From assembly GCA_046759445.1 (NCBI GenBank), contig JBHICG010000001.1:64001-128000 (forward strand): a stretch of 64,000 nt of DNA. Direction: 5' to 3'. Each line of letters opens with the position of its first letter. Within the stretch, counting starts at the first letter, position 1. This DNA is from Candidatus Scalinduaceae bacterium. GTDB taxonomy: Bacteria > Planctomycetota > Brocadiia > Brocadiales > Scalinduaceae. Position numbers and translations under genes: made by a program. Shown in pieces: positions 22,408 through 32,492 of this stretch. Below the pieces are notes generated by a model. That model searched no databases. It was not told the origin of the DNA and saw only the letters and a program-made list of their open reading frames with translations.

Positions 22408-23823
22408 TTGAAAGGTTTTTTATTGCATTTATATGCTACCTTAATAACGTTATTTATCATATCAATATTATCAGGATGTGGTTTACATTCGCAAACGTGG
22501 GAAACACCATGGTTAAGGGAACCTGCGCAATACCAGCCACCACCAGAACTGTTAGAAAAAAATAATTATGCTCCTGACAATAAGGCAAAAGCTCAAGGAT
22601 ACCCAATAGACTTGCCAACTGTTCTTCGCCTTGCAGGTGCACAGCCTCTAGAGCTGGCCATTGTTCGTGAAAAGGTTCATGATGCATACGCAAAGGTATT
22701 ACTCTCCAGAGAAAAATTTATCCCTAATATCATCCCAGAGGTTGAGTTTTCCAGACATGAGGAAGAGATTCAGGCAACTGCAGGACAGTTTTTTGAGGTG
22801 GACAAACAATTCATGTTTCCAAGGACAAAGGTGAACCTGGAGTTGGACGTTGGAGATGCAATCTACTCCACCCTTGCAGCCCAACAGCGTTATCATGCAA
22901 GCAAGGCAAAAATGGAAGCAACGACTAGAAATATTGTCCTGAAAGCCGTCATTGCATATTTCGAACTTCTTCAATCTCAGGCCGAGGTAAAGATTGGTGA
23001 AGAAGCCAAGAAAATATCTGAAACCCTAATCCGACAAACAGAAGCAGCCGTAAGCCTTGGTAAAGGGTTTAAGGGAGATGTGCTGCGAGCAAAGGCGCAA
23101 CTGGCCAGTGACCGCCTAGCGTTGACGAAGACAAAAGAGACACTTAGGATATCATCAGTGAATCTTGTTAATATCTTGAGGCTTGATCCGAAAATAAACC
23201 TCTTCCCTGCTGATCGCATTGCAACACCCATTCATCTTATACCTAAAGACAAAAACATAGAGAAACTTGTCCAGAACGCCGTTGAACAGAGACCGGAATT
23301 AAAAGAGGCTTCAGCGTTGCTTAGTTCCAGTAAGAAGGAGAAGGCTGCTTCAGTTTGGGGACCGATGATACCTTCTGTTCAGGCCGATATTAGAGCTGGT
23401 AGCTTTGGACCGACCCTTGATAATCTTAAGAGCACTGAGAGATATAACTTCTCATTAGGTTGGAAAGTAGGTTCTGGCGGTCTTTTTTATAAGGGCCGCA
23501 GGGAATTGGCTGATGCCAAATATCGTTCTTCGGAAATAAGATTAGCAAAGCTAGTACAGGACATTATACAGCAGGTGTTAGTCGCACATACTCAGGTAAA
23601 TGCCAAGCACGAGCAGATGTCTATTGCCGAACAAGGGGTTAAAGATGCTGAGGAATCACTGAAACTTAACGAAGCTCGATTAAGAATGGGAATAGGACTC
23701 CCTCTTGAAGTGCTTCAGGCACAAAAGGCATTGATACAGGCAAGGAGGGATTACGTTTCATCAATTATTGGTTACAACAAGGCTCAATATAGACTTTTTG
23801 TAAGTATTGGGAATAAGCCCTAG
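22408..23823 (+). CDS. TolC family outer-membrane efflux protein (lipoprotein)
   Basis: Lipobox LSGC; RPEL; C-terminal LEVLQAQ..L..AR..Y...YNKAQ; follows the RND and MFP genes. Confidence 0.9.
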   Translation: MKGFLLHLYATLITLFIISILSGCGLHSQTWETPWLREPAQYQPPPELLEKNNYAPDNKAKAQGYPIDLPTVLRLAGAQPLELAIVREKVHDAYAKVLLSREKFIPNIIPEVEFSRHEEEIQATAGQFFEVDKQFMFPRTKVNLELDVGDAIYSTLAAQQRYHASKAKMEATTRNIVLKAVIAYFELLQSQAEVKIGEEAKKISETLIRQTEAAVSLGKGFKGDVLRAKAQLASDRLALTKTKETLRISSVNLVNILRLDPKINLFPADRIATPIHLIPKDKNIEKLVQNAVEQRPELKEASALLSSSKKEKAASVWGPMIPSVQADIRAGSFGPTLDNLKSTERYNFSLGWKVGSGGLFYKGRRELADAKYRSSEIRLAKLVQDIIQQVLVAHTQVNAKHEQMSIAEQGVKDAEESLKLNEARLRMGIGLPLEVLQAQKALIQARRDYVSSIIGYNKAQYRLFVSIGNKP

Positions 23824-24102
23824 TGCTTTAGTAAATCATTATAACACTATGACGGATGTTACAAGGGCTATAGTTCCTAACACGGATGAATTCAATAAAA
23901 ACGCTGATTGAGCTAGCACAACAGTGCCAATTTATTCGAGTCTTGACCATGTCAAGATTCCCCAACTCTATCAGATGAGTTGGCATAATCTCCCGTAACT
24001 GCTTCTTCATAATCTTATACGATCCTCTGCCTATTTGTCAATAACTTGAGACTATATCCTCGGTTTTTTTAAAAAGCTTAGAGATTGTGGCTACGTTTTT
24101 CT

Positions 24103-24126
24103 GGAAGCCTAAAGGCTTCCGCTACA
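24103..24126. repeat. GTAG-type REP-like palindrome
   Basis: Reverse complement reads tgtagcggaagcctttaggcttcc. Confidence 0.6.
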
Positions 24127-24188
24127 GGCTTTTGTATGTTGACCTGAATTTTCTTACTTTGATCCATTTCTCATTTTTCTACTTTCCG

Positions 24189-24214
24189 GGAATATTTTCT
24201 ATTTATGATTTGTC
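24189..24214 (+). promoter_or_regulatory. Candidate ECF (SigR/SigH-like) promoter
   Basis: GGAAT-N18-GTC upstream of 24276; same spacing at 30162 and 32413. Confidence 0.5.
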
Positions 24215-24275
24215 ATTAACATGAGAAGGCTTAAGAGCTTTCTATTAACAAACTGCTTAAAATTGGAGGTGTATC

Positions 24276-24677
24276 ATGCTTAAGAAATTGATACTTGTAT
24301 TAATACCTGTACTTATCATTTCGTTTGTTGTAAATACAAGTTATGGGGATAAAAAGTCTAAGACTTTTTCTGGCATTCTGGTTGATACAAAGTGCTATGC
24401 CATGAATAACGAAAATGTTACTAATGACCATGGAAAGATGAAGGGTTGTGCTGCTATGTGTGCCAAGATGGGAATTCCAGTTGGTTTACTGATTGACGGT
24501 AAGAAAAACGGAAAGGTTTATGTCCTCGCAGTTCCTGCGCCAAAGCTTGCGGATCATATGGGTAAATGGGCAAGGGTTACCGGTGTCGAAAAATTTAAAC
24601 GTGGATTAGTCCTGGAAAAGATCGAGGTTAAAAAGGGAGAAATATACGAAGAGGTAAAGATTCAAACAATGATGTAA
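24276..24677 (+). CDS. Exported protein with Cys/His motif (DTKC...H...CAAMC)
   Basis: GGAGG RBS, signal peptide, clustered Cys/His/Met residues. Confidence 0.75.
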   Translation: MLKKLILVLIPVLIISFVVNTSYGDKKSKTFSGILVDTKCYAMNNENVTNDHGKMKGCAAMCAKMGIPVGLLIDGKKNGKVYVLAVPAPKLADHMGKWARVTGVEKFKRGLVLEKIEVKKGEIYEEVKIQTMM

Positions 24678-24916
24678 TGCCCATACTTAAACAAAAAGTT
24701 TAAGATTTTTGGAATTTCGAACGTTTTACTGGAAACTAGAATTTGACACTTTGTTGGGATTTAAAATTTCCAAATACCAATTATCATGTATAATTCAAAT
24801 CTTGAAATAGCAGAAAGAATTTTCGTAATTCAGGATGTTACTAAAAAGAGTATTAAGGTTGCCTTCATTCATAAAAAGTCTGTACCAATTTATTTCCTTA
24901 AGAGAAGGGTGAAAAG

Positions 24917-25183
24917 TTGGAAAACAAATACGTTAAAAGGTTAAAGGTTGGGGATAAGATTTGTTTGTTCAAAAAAGATGGAATATTACCAATTGTATGT
25001 GGTTTAATAGATTTTTTTGATGAAGAAAAGGACAAAGTATCCATAAAAGTTGATGAAGGCTCGCTTAAACTTACAAAGCATCTATATGATTTTGTGAATC
25101 TTTCGACCCTGAGTGATTCAGGGTCGAAAGACCTGGTCGAACGATTGAGGCAACAATTCATGCAATTTTCAGGGATAATATAA
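24917..25183 (+). CDS. Small hypothetical protein containing an in-frame palindrome
   Basis: 88-aa ORF ending 1 nt before the sigma start; 14-bp perfect IR at 25099-25131. Confidence 0.5.
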   Translation: MENKYVKRLKVGDKICLFKKDGILPIVCGLIDFFDEEKDKVSIKVDEGSLKLTKHLYDFVNLSTLSDSGSKDLVERLRQQFMQFSGII

Positions 25184-25184
25184 C

Positions 25185-25727
25185 GTGAGTCAAAGAGATA
25201 GTCTTCTTATTCACATAGATGCCTTATACAGGTCAGCATTATATCTTGTCAAAAAGGAAAATAGTGCAGATGATCTGGTTCAGGAAACATATTTAAGGGC
25301 ATTCAAATTTCTCAGCGAAGACAAAGAAATTAATAATGAAAAAGCATGGTTATTTAAAATACTAATTAACACTTTTATAAATCAGTACCGGAAAGACAAA
25401 AGAGAACCTTCTCTGGTCGATTTTGATAGCATTGAATCCTTTCACGAATCAATAGAAGAAGAGGCTTTAATGTTGTCAAATACAGAAAACATGGCAGAAT
25501 TAGATAAATTGTTGGACGACGACGTAAAAAAAGCTCTGGAAAGTTTACCCGATGATTTTAGAATGGTAGTCTTGCTTTCTACTGTCGAAGGTTTTTCTTA
25601 TAAAGAAATTTCAGAAATGGTTAAATGCCCAATCGGCACAGTAATGTCTAGAATATATAGGGGACGAAAGATGTTAAAGGAAAAATTAGCCAGTTACGCA
25701 AAGAAACATGGTTATGGGAAAGGATAA
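25185..25727 (+). CDS. ECF sigma factor, SigR/SigH-like
   Basis: DLVQETYLRAF, AWLFKILINTFINQYRK, EGFSYKEI...PIGTVMSRIYRGRKML. Confidence 0.93.
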   Translation: MSQRDSLLIHIDALYRSALYLVKKENSADDLVQETYLRAFKFLSEDKEINNEKAWLFKILINTFINQYRKDKREPSLVDFDSIESFHESIEEEALMLSNTENMAELDKLLDDDVKKALESLPDDFRMVVLLSTVEGFSYKEISEMVKCPIGTVMSRIYRGRKMLKEKLASYAKKHGYGKG

Positions 25728-25730
25728 GAA

Positions 25731-26537
25731 ATGAATTGCAATAACGTTAGAAAATATTTTTATGCTTTTATTGATAATGAACTCGATGTAGAAAAGAATG
25801 TTGAGGTCCTCGCACATCTTGATATGTGCTATGAATGTAGCCATAAAATAGAAAGGGAACGGCTACTTCAGAAAAGAGTGAAAGAAACTGTTTGTACGGT
25901 TAAAGCTCCTGACTATCTTGAACATATGATCTTAAAGAAGACAGAACGAAAACCTAACTTCTTTACTCTACTTAGAAGTAACTTAATGTTAAGAAACAAC
26001 TTAATCCCTCTTGGCGCTATAGCAATAACGATAATCCTAATAGTTAGTATCTTCGTAATACAAAGCAACTTGAAGAAAAATGATGTTCTTTATCTCGCAG
26101 AGTCAAAATTTCACAACCACATAACGAAGCCATTTGAGCCTGATATACGTTCACAGGATAATGAAGTAATTATGGAGTACTTCCAAAGCAAAACAAACTT
26201 AAACATAACTTTGCCTGGTATTGAAGAGGGTACACAATTAGTTGGTGCGTCATTGTCTGAAATTAATAATGCGAAGGTTCCAATGGTCTTTTATATGCAA
26301 GAAAACAACCTAATTGCGTTGTTTATAGTTTGTAATACTGATCCCCTATCTGGGTATGGGGCAAACATTGATTTTACAAAGATGAAAGAGGTTATAGTAG
26401 ATAAGATGGTGGTATATAAAGATAATGGATTTTGTAATTCTTGTCAGGTTATTGGGTGGAAAGATGTTGGCAACCAGTATGTCATGATATCAAAGTTGAA
26501 TAGTGATAAGATGATAAAAATGCTAACTGAAGTATGA
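25731..26537 (+). CDS. Zinc-binding (zf-HC2/ZAS) membrane anti-sigma factor
   Basis: MNC...HLDMCYEC, TM helix; paralogous to 16840..17640. Confidence 0.9.
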   Translation: MNCNNVRKYFYAFIDNELDVEKNVEVLAHLDMCYECSHKIERERLLQKRVKETVCTVKAPDYLEHMILKKTERKPNFFTLLRSNLMLRNNLIPLGAIAITIILIVSIFVIQSNLKKNDVLYLAESKFHNHITKPFEPDIRSQDNEVIMEYFQSKTNLNITLPGIEEGTQLVGASLSEINNAKVPMVFYMQENNLIALFIVCNTDPLSGYGANIDFTKMKEVIVDKMVVYKDNGFCNSCQVIGWKDVGNQYVMISKLNSDKMIKMLTEV

Positions 26538-26547
26538 GGATAAATAA

Positions 26548-27240
26548 ATGACCAATAAAAAATCAATAATAAAATTTATAATTCTAATAACTATCGTTGC
26601 AGGCGCATTTTTTGCATTCACATATACACCCTTATCACAATATACTCAGAAAGATACACTATTGAGTATCCTTGCACAACTCAGGGAGCATTGGTGGGGA
26701 CCTATCGGTTTCATCCTTATTTATGGTATCGGGTGTGTTATTGCATTACCGGGTTCACTCTTGACTTTATGTGGTGGTGCAATATTTGGAGTGGCATGGG
26801 GTACTCTCTATAATATATTGGCTTCTAACCTGGGTGCCACTCTTGCATTCTTAATGGCAAGATACTTCGGTCGTGAATTTGTATCAAGGTTTATGAAAGG
26901 AAGAATAGAATCCTTTGATGAAAAGGTTGCCAGTAATGGTTTCAGGTTTATATTCACACTTAGATTAATACCCCTTATCCCTTTTAATGGACTTAATCTT
27001 GGCTCCGGTCTTTCCAGGATTAAGTATCGTGATTATTTGCTAGGCTCTGTCCTGGGCATGATACCAGGTACGTTTATTTATACCTATTTTGCAGACGCAC
27101 TTCTCGATGGTGTCACAGGAAGCGGAAAAAGGGCGTTTACTAACCTGATAGTTGCCAGTTCACTATTGATACTGATTTCATTTGTGCCTACTCTTTATAA
27201 GAAATTAAAAAAATCGAAAGGTATGGAGGGCATAACATAG
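26548..27240 (+). CDS. TVP38/TMEM64 (VTT/DedA) membrane protein
   Basis: LPGSLLTLCGGAIFG, LGATLAF..ARYFGR, LRLIPLIPF. Confidence 0.92.
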   Translation: MTNKKSIIKFIILITIVAGAFFAFTYTPLSQYTQKDTLLSILAQLREHWWGPIGFILIYGIGCVIALPGSLLTLCGGAIFGVAWGTLYNILASNLGATLAFLMARYFGREFVSRFMKGRIESFDEKVASNGFRFIFTLRLIPLIPFNGLNLGSGLSRIKYRDYLLGSVLGMIPGTFIYTYFADALLDGVTGSGKRAFTNLIVASSLLILISFVPTLYKKLKKSKGMEGIT

Positions 27241-27377
27241 TCACGGAGAATGTATGAATGGAGAATATTTGAACGTAACTCTGGTAAGCCACACGTGGAT
27301 AGAAAACATGTGGTTACCAGACATTCGCAAAATTAAGGCTTTTAATTTGAAGTTAAGTTATTAGAAGGAGAAAGATT

Positions 27378-28802
27378 GTGAGAGATTTTGACCTTACGAT
27401 TATCGGCGGTGGCGCAGGAGGCTTAAATGTGGCGAGTGGGGCGGTTCAACTTGGCGCCAGGGTTGCCCTTATTGAGAAAAGCAAACTCGGAGGAGACTGT
27501 CTTTATTACGGATGTGTCCCCACTAAGGCATTAATTCAGTCTGCAAAAATTGCATCTCTCATCAAAAGGTCTAAGGAATACGGTCTGAATGATACGAATA
27601 TCTCCTTCGATTTTAAGAATATTATAACTCACATGAAAGATGTGATATCAAAAATTGGTGTACATGATGACCCTAAAAGGTTTGAAGATATGGGCGTACA
27701 GGTATTTTTTGGTGATGGCAAATTTATTGACCCTCACACCTTTGAATTCAACAATCATACGATTACGAGCGGAAAATTCGTTATCTCAACAGGTTCAAGA
27801 GCCGTTGCTATCCCCATCAAAGGTCTTGAAAATATCAAATATTTAACCAGTGAAAGCGCCCTGGAGCTGGATTATTTGCCCAAATCAATAATTATATTAG
27901 GCGCTGGTCCGATAGGACTGGAGTTTGCGCAGGTGTTTGCAAGATTAGGGTCAAAGGTTATCGTTATAGAAAAGATGGGTCAGGTTTTACCGCGTGAGGA
28001 CAAAGAAGTTGCAGACATTCTCGAAACTATCCTTAAGGAAGAGGGTATTGAGATTCATACATGTGTCAATGTAAACCATGTAAAACAAGAAGGAAATCTA
28101 AAGATCGTTGTAGCCGAATGTAGCGGACTGGAAAAGACATTTCAGGCTGATGAATTTATGCTTGCTATTGGACGTGCACCCAACCTTGAGGGGCTTAATC
28201 TTGAAGCTACCGGGGTTAAGGTAGAACACAGGGCTATCGTCGTAAATAGTTCCATGCGAACTACTGCAAGGAATATATGGGCATGCGGAGACGTGACAGG
28301 GCAATATTTGTTTACGCATGTTGCCGAATATCAAGCTGGCCTTATAGTAGCTAATGCCTTAATTCCTCTAATGAAGAGAAAGGCAAACTATCGTGTGGTT
28401 CCGTGGGTTACCTATACAGACCCTGAATTAGGCAGGGTAGGACTAACTGAGGATGAAGCAAGACAAAAATATAAGAATGTGAAGGTATACAAGTATGATG
28501 TAAAGGAATTAGACAGAGCAGTCATAGAGGGTGAAGACAAGGGAATTATTAAGATTGTTTGCACAAAGAAGGGTAAGATACTGGGAGCACATGTCCTTGC
28601 ACCACAAGGTGGAGAACTGCTACATGAATTTGTCCTGGCAATACAGAATAACCTTGGAGTTGGAAGTATTACAGGTACTATCCATGTCTATCCAACATTA
28701 GCTCAAGCGGTGAGAAGAACCACTAACAAATACTATGCAGAAAAGATATTTTCTGGTTGGATTCCCAAAGTTACCAAGAAGCTGATAAGATGGTTTGGTT
28801 AA
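27378..28802 (+). CDS. FAD-dependent pyridine nucleotide-disulfide oxidoreductase (MerA/Lpd-like)
   Basis: GGGAGG, GGDCLYYGCVPTK, GAGPIG, HVYPT; lacks the MerA C-terminal CC pair. Confidence 0.9.
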   Translation: MRDFDLTIIGGGAGGLNVASGAVQLGARVALIEKSKLGGDCLYYGCVPTKALIQSAKIASLIKRSKEYGLNDTNISFDFKNIITHMKDVISKIGVHDDPKRFEDMGVQVFFGDGKFIDPHTFEFNNHTITSGKFVISTGSRAVAIPIKGLENIKYLTSESALELDYLPKSIIILGAGPIGLEFAQVFARLGSKVIVIEKMGQVLPREDKEVADILETILKEEGIEIHTCVNVNHVKQEGNLKIVVAECSGLEKTFQADEFMLAIGRAPNLEGLNLEATGVKVEHRAIVVNSSMRTTARNIWACGDVTGQYLFTHVAEYQAGLIVANALIPLMKRKANYRVVPWVTYTDPELGRVGLTEDEARQKYKNVKVYKYDVKELDRAVIEGEDKGIIKIVCTKKGKILGAHVLAPQGGELLHEFVLAIQNNLGVGSITGTIHVYPTLAQAVRRTTNKYYAEKIFSGWIPKVTKKLIRWFG

Positions 28803-28953
28803 ATGTTTCTCACTTGCCAGAATAGCCTGGACGGGTGAGGGGGAAAACAGACTGGTTGTGGTTAGTACTTAGACGGATAGAAATAAGACAGTTGAAAAAG
28901 GTACTAATGCCAATAAGATATTAACTAAATTTATTAAGAAAGAAGAAACTTGA

Positions 28954-29082
28954 ATGAAAAAGGTTTTTTCATTATTAATAGTTTTGTCAATAATCTTGTT
29001 TGTGGTTGGCTGTACGTATACGGATTCTACTAAATCGACCCATAGTAGTAGCCAAACTCCTGAATATGAATATAAGTATTAA
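28954..29082 (+). CDS. Small 42-aa lipoprotein (below the ORF-track cutoff)
   Basis: MKKVFSLLIVLSIILFVVGCTYTDSTKSTHSSSQTPEYEYKY: basic N-terminus, hydrophobic core, VVGC lipobox. Confidence 0.6.
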   Translation: MKKVFSLLIVLSIILFVVGCTYTDSTKSTHSSSQTPEYEYKY

Positions 29083-29118
29083 AAGAATATTTCAAGAACG
29101 ATCCATAAATACTATTAG

Positions 29119-29916
29119 ATGTATAAACATATGCAGGCACATTCAGGAGATATAACAATGAAGTTTATTATATTTGTTTTAATTCTCATGGCAGGTTATA
29201 GCATGGTAGCCAAAGTTTATGCAGACGGAAAAAACGATCCGAATTCTATATTTGATGGTGTTTTAAATCGTCATGTCTTAAAGGATGGATTGGTTAATTA
29301 TAAGGGGCTAAAGAAGGATAAAGAGTTTAAGAAATATATTGAATATCTTTCTAATACAGACCCTGATACCCTGCCAACCGATAGACACCGTTTTGCTTTC
29401 TGGATAAACGCATATAACGCATTTGTCTTAAAGGGGGTATTAGAAGAGTATCCAATAAAGAGTGTGCTTGACGTTAGCTGGATTCCTCACAGTTTTTTTA
29501 TAAGAAAAAAATTTAAGACAACTCATGGAAATATTACTCTGCGAACACTGGAAAATGAGAAACTAAGAGAAGCATTTAGAGAACCAAGAATACATTTCGT
29601 TATTAACTGTGCATCAATTAGTTGTCCAAAATTATTAGCAGAGGCATATAAGGCCGAAAAATTGGAACAGCAACTTGAAAAACAGGCAAATTCTTTTATT
29701 AACAATAAAACCAAGAATTATCTGAATAAAGAAAATAATATCTTATATCTCTCTTCTATCTTTAAGTGGTATGAGGGGGATTTTATTAAAAAAGGTGAAA
29801 AAATAGAAGGGTATATTACAAGATATTTAAATCCAGATGATGCGGATTACGTCAGGAACAATGAAATAACCATAAAGTACCTCGATTACGATTGGGGCTT
29901 AAACGAAAAAAAATAA
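29119..29916 (+). CDS. DUF547 domain protein, exported
   Basis: AFWINAYNA, EPRIHFVINCASISCPKL, LSSIFKWY, YDWGLNE; true start probably the ATG at 29158. Confidence 0.92.
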   Translation: MYKHMQAHSGDITMKFIIFVLILMAGYSMVAKVYADGKNDPNSIFDGVLNRHVLKDGLVNYKGLKKDKEFKKYIEYLSNTDPDTLPTDRHRFAFWINAYNAFVLKGVLEEYPIKSVLDVSWIPHSFFIRKKFKTTHGNITLRTLENEKLREAFREPRIHFVINCASISCPKLLAEAYKAEKLEQQLEKQANSFINNKTKNYLNKENNILYLSSIFKWYEGDFIKKGEKIEGYITRYLNPDDADYVRNNEITIKYLDYDWGLNEKK

Positions 29917-30161
29917 TATCATATAGCAGTGATGGATGCTTCAAGAGATAACCATTTTCATATTTTGTGTGAATAGTTTGTGTAAGGTTTGGTAATTCTT
30001 TTTCTGGTGCATTTAGGTACTAGTATCTTTCCAACTTTACAATAATTTTTTTTAAAGGAGATAAATGGAGTGGCGATGCCAGAAATAGATACTAGTACCT
30101 TCTGATTTGATATGACAAATTGAATTCAGAAATATTTCGAGGGGGGAAAGGTGATTTTATG

Positions 30162-30187
30162 GGAATTTTTTTATAGAAGCGAAGGTT
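30162..30187 (+). promoter_or_regulatory. Candidate ECF (SigR/SigH-like) promoter
   Basis: GGAAT-N18-GTT upstream of 30263. Confidence 0.55.
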
Positions 30188-30262
30188 GTTTTTAACACGT
30201 ATGTCTGTTTTTTTAATTTTTATATCAGATTCTAAATTTTTACGATTTTAAGGAGGTAGAAG

Positions 30263-30571
30263 ATGAGTAAATACTTAAAACTTGGATATTTTTCCATGAT
30301 CCCTGTAATCTTTGGAATAGTAATAGTAGTAATGAGTGCGTCTGTGGTTAAAGCTGACGAAGAAGAGGTTGTATTAAATGTCAAGGGTATGACTTGTGGT
30401 ATGTGTTCGAATGCGGTAAAAACTGCACTTCTGAAATGCGAGGGTGTTAATGGTGCTGAGGTTAGTCATAAAGAAGGGAAGGCAGTCGTAAAGGTTGAAG
30501 AAGGCAAGGCAAAAACCGAGGAACTTATTCATGCTGTTGAAAAGGCAGGATTCAAAGCATCAAAAAGCTAA
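30263..30571 (+). CDS. Exported heavy-metal-associated (HMA) domain protein, MerP/CopZ-like
   Basis: GMTCGMC motif, signal peptide, AGGAGG RBS. Confidence 0.92.
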   Translation: MSKYLKLGYFSMIPVIFGIVIVVMSASVVKADEEEVVLNVKGMTCGMCSNAVKTALLKCEGVNGAEVSHKEGKAVVKVEEGKAKTEELIHAVEKAGFKASKS

Positions 30572-30935
30572 CAACATATTTAAGATGCAAAGGCTTAATC
30601 CTCTGGTAATGTCTTATTAGTAGAAGCATTCTTAAATATCACCATCCCTTTTCCTCTTCTTTTACCCCCGTCATTTACAAGGAGAGGAAGGGGGTATGGT
30701 ATTTACTTGACATTGAGCAAGTTCCGATTCTGTTACACAAACAATTCAGGATTATGTGATCTGTTAAAGGCATTCATTCATGAGTCCTTTTTGGGAATGA
30801 TTATTCCTGTGTTATTTAAAAGGAACTAACGCAGATTACATGAAATTTAAAGATTATTTCTACAAACCAAAAAACATCGTACCTTTTCAGGAAGGTAATA
30901 GTAAAAGTAATATCTGAAATACAAGGTTAAAAGAA

Positions 30936-31472
30936 ATGAGGTTGGAAATGAAAATAACGAAAAGAACGTTTTTAATTGTATTACTAAATATATTTGTAAT
31001 GCCCTTTCTTACATTCAATGTCAATAACGATATAGTATTTGCTGAAATTGAGACTGGTGTAAGTGTAGGACAGAAAGCATCTCCATTCAAACTATTAAGT
31101 ATCGATGGCAAGGAATTGGATTTGAGATCTTTTGGGGATGGGAAGGTTACATTATTGGTTTTTGGTGCTACATGGTGCCCCGCTTGCAAACATGAAGTTC
31201 CACTTCTTAAGGAATATTACAATGAATTTAAAGATGATGGACTTGAAGTGTTAAATATTGACATTCAAGAGACCGAAAGGAAGGTCAGATCGTTTGTTGA
31301 AAAGAATCAGATAAATTATTCAGTTGTTCTTGATTCGAAAGCTGAAGTGGCAATGTTATATAAGGTAGTGGGTATACCTTTAAATATCATATTTGATAAA
31401 AACGGGATAATAAAATACAGGGAAAATAGGCCACCGAGCAAAGAGACTCTAGAAAAATTATTAGCCAACTAA
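30936..31472 (+). CDS. TlpA/ResA-like thiol-disulfide oxidoreductase
   Basis: ATWCPACKHE, YKVVGIP. Confidence 0.9.
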   Translation: MRLEMKITKRTFLIVLLNIFVMPFLTFNVNNDIVFAEIETGVSVGQKASPFKLLSIDGKELDLRSFGDGKVTLLVFGATWCPACKHEVPLLKEYYNEFKDDGLEVLNIDIQETERKVRSFVEKNQINYSVVLDSKAEVAMLYKVVGIPLNIIFDKNGIIKYRENRPPSKETLEKLLAN

Positions 31473-31533
31473 ACTTTGAAATAAGGAAAATCTTTCAGGG
31501 TGAGATGGTTAAGTCGGTATCTTTATTATAGAC

Positions 31534-32385
31534 ATGAATAAGTTCACACAATTTAGCAAAAAAAGGTTAAAAGATATCCTTATAATACTGTTGCTTTTCC
31601 TACCTTCAGGGCAATTATTGGCACAACACGACGGGCGATATTCTTTTAAATATCCCAGAAACTTTTTCAATCCTGGTGGTGCAGAGGAAGTTTTTAACCC
31701 ATCAACTCACAATAAAATAGGTATCTTAATACAGAATCGTACTAACCGTCCTCTCCAGGAAATTACTACTATGATATTTAACACGTCTCCCTTTGACCGT
31801 TATAAACAGTTTTTCTACTTCCGCATAGAAGAGGAATTTAGTGAGGATATTGTTAACAACAATATTCTTTCCGCAAGGGCTTATGACTACAATGGCAGAC
31901 CAATAGCTGGTGGATTGACCACCTCTGAGGGACAGGGCGCTTTCAACCTGACATTTCTCAAGTTCGGTTTTAGGGAGGTGATACAGTGTAGTTGTAATGG
32001 TGTAACTATCCATACTAATCAGGGTAATTTTTCCTTTGTTGGAGAAGATTCTATCTTGCATGAGACAGGTCATGCATTTACCGAACTTGCCGATGAATAT
32101 TCCCATCCTATGTCAAGTAATTTTGCTGCCATAAACCTCGAAGACAGACACGTCCCAGGCCTTAAATGGAGTGGATTGATAGAACAGGGATTTTTGCCCG
32201 ATAGAAGAATCGAAAGAAACGAGATAATTGGTGGTATAGATAGAGGGAGATTTTTGATACCATCAAACAACTGTTACATGAACAACCACACCAGTCCAAG
32301 GGACAACCGCTATTGCCCTGTGTGTCAACTTGCCATAATTAGCAGGATTTCTCAGTTATCAGGTACAGCTCTCCCATGGCAATAG
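31534..32385 (+). CDS. Exported zinc metallopeptidase, M64-like
   Basis: HETGHAFTELADEY, C-terminal CYM...YCPVC. Confidence 0.75.
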   Translation: MNKFTQFSKKRLKDILIILLLFLPSGQLLAQHDGRYSFKYPRNFFNPGGAEEVFNPSTHNKIGILIQNRTNRPLQEITTMIFNTSPFDRYKQFFYFRIEEEFSEDIVNNNILSARAYDYNGRPIAGGLTTSEGQGAFNLTFLKFGFREVIQCSCNGVTIHTNQGNFSFVGEDSILHETGHAFTELADEYSHPMSSNFAAINLEDRHVPGLKWSGLIEQGFLPDRRIERNEIIGGIDRGRFLIPSNNCYMNNHTSPRDNRYCPVCQLAIISRISQLSGTALPWQ

Positions 32386-32412
32386 GGCTCATAGTTTGGA
32401 AAAAATATATAA

Positions 32413-32438
32413 GGAACATTTCTATCATAATTATTGTA
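32413..32438 (+). promoter_or_regulatory. Candidate ECF (SigR/SigH-like) promoter
   Basis: GGAAC-N18-GTA upstream of 32493. Confidence 0.45.
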
Positions 32439-32492
32439 TAAAAGTAAAATAGTAATAAAAAAAACGTAAGCTATTTTTAAAGGAAAGAACTG

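Noticed and set aside
23828..24060. Minus-strand IMPTHL peptide recalling the MPNH motif of RAYT transposases
   Set aside because: Too short and degenerate to support a transposase remnant
30054..30105. Strong AAGGAG RBS followed by ATG at 30065
   Set aside because: The ORF is only 7 codons, so it cannot be supported as a gene
27378..30571. Calling the flavoprotein and HMA protein a mer operon (merA/merP)
   Set aside because: The flavoprotein has no C-terminal CC pair or N-terminal HMA domain, and no merR or merT is present
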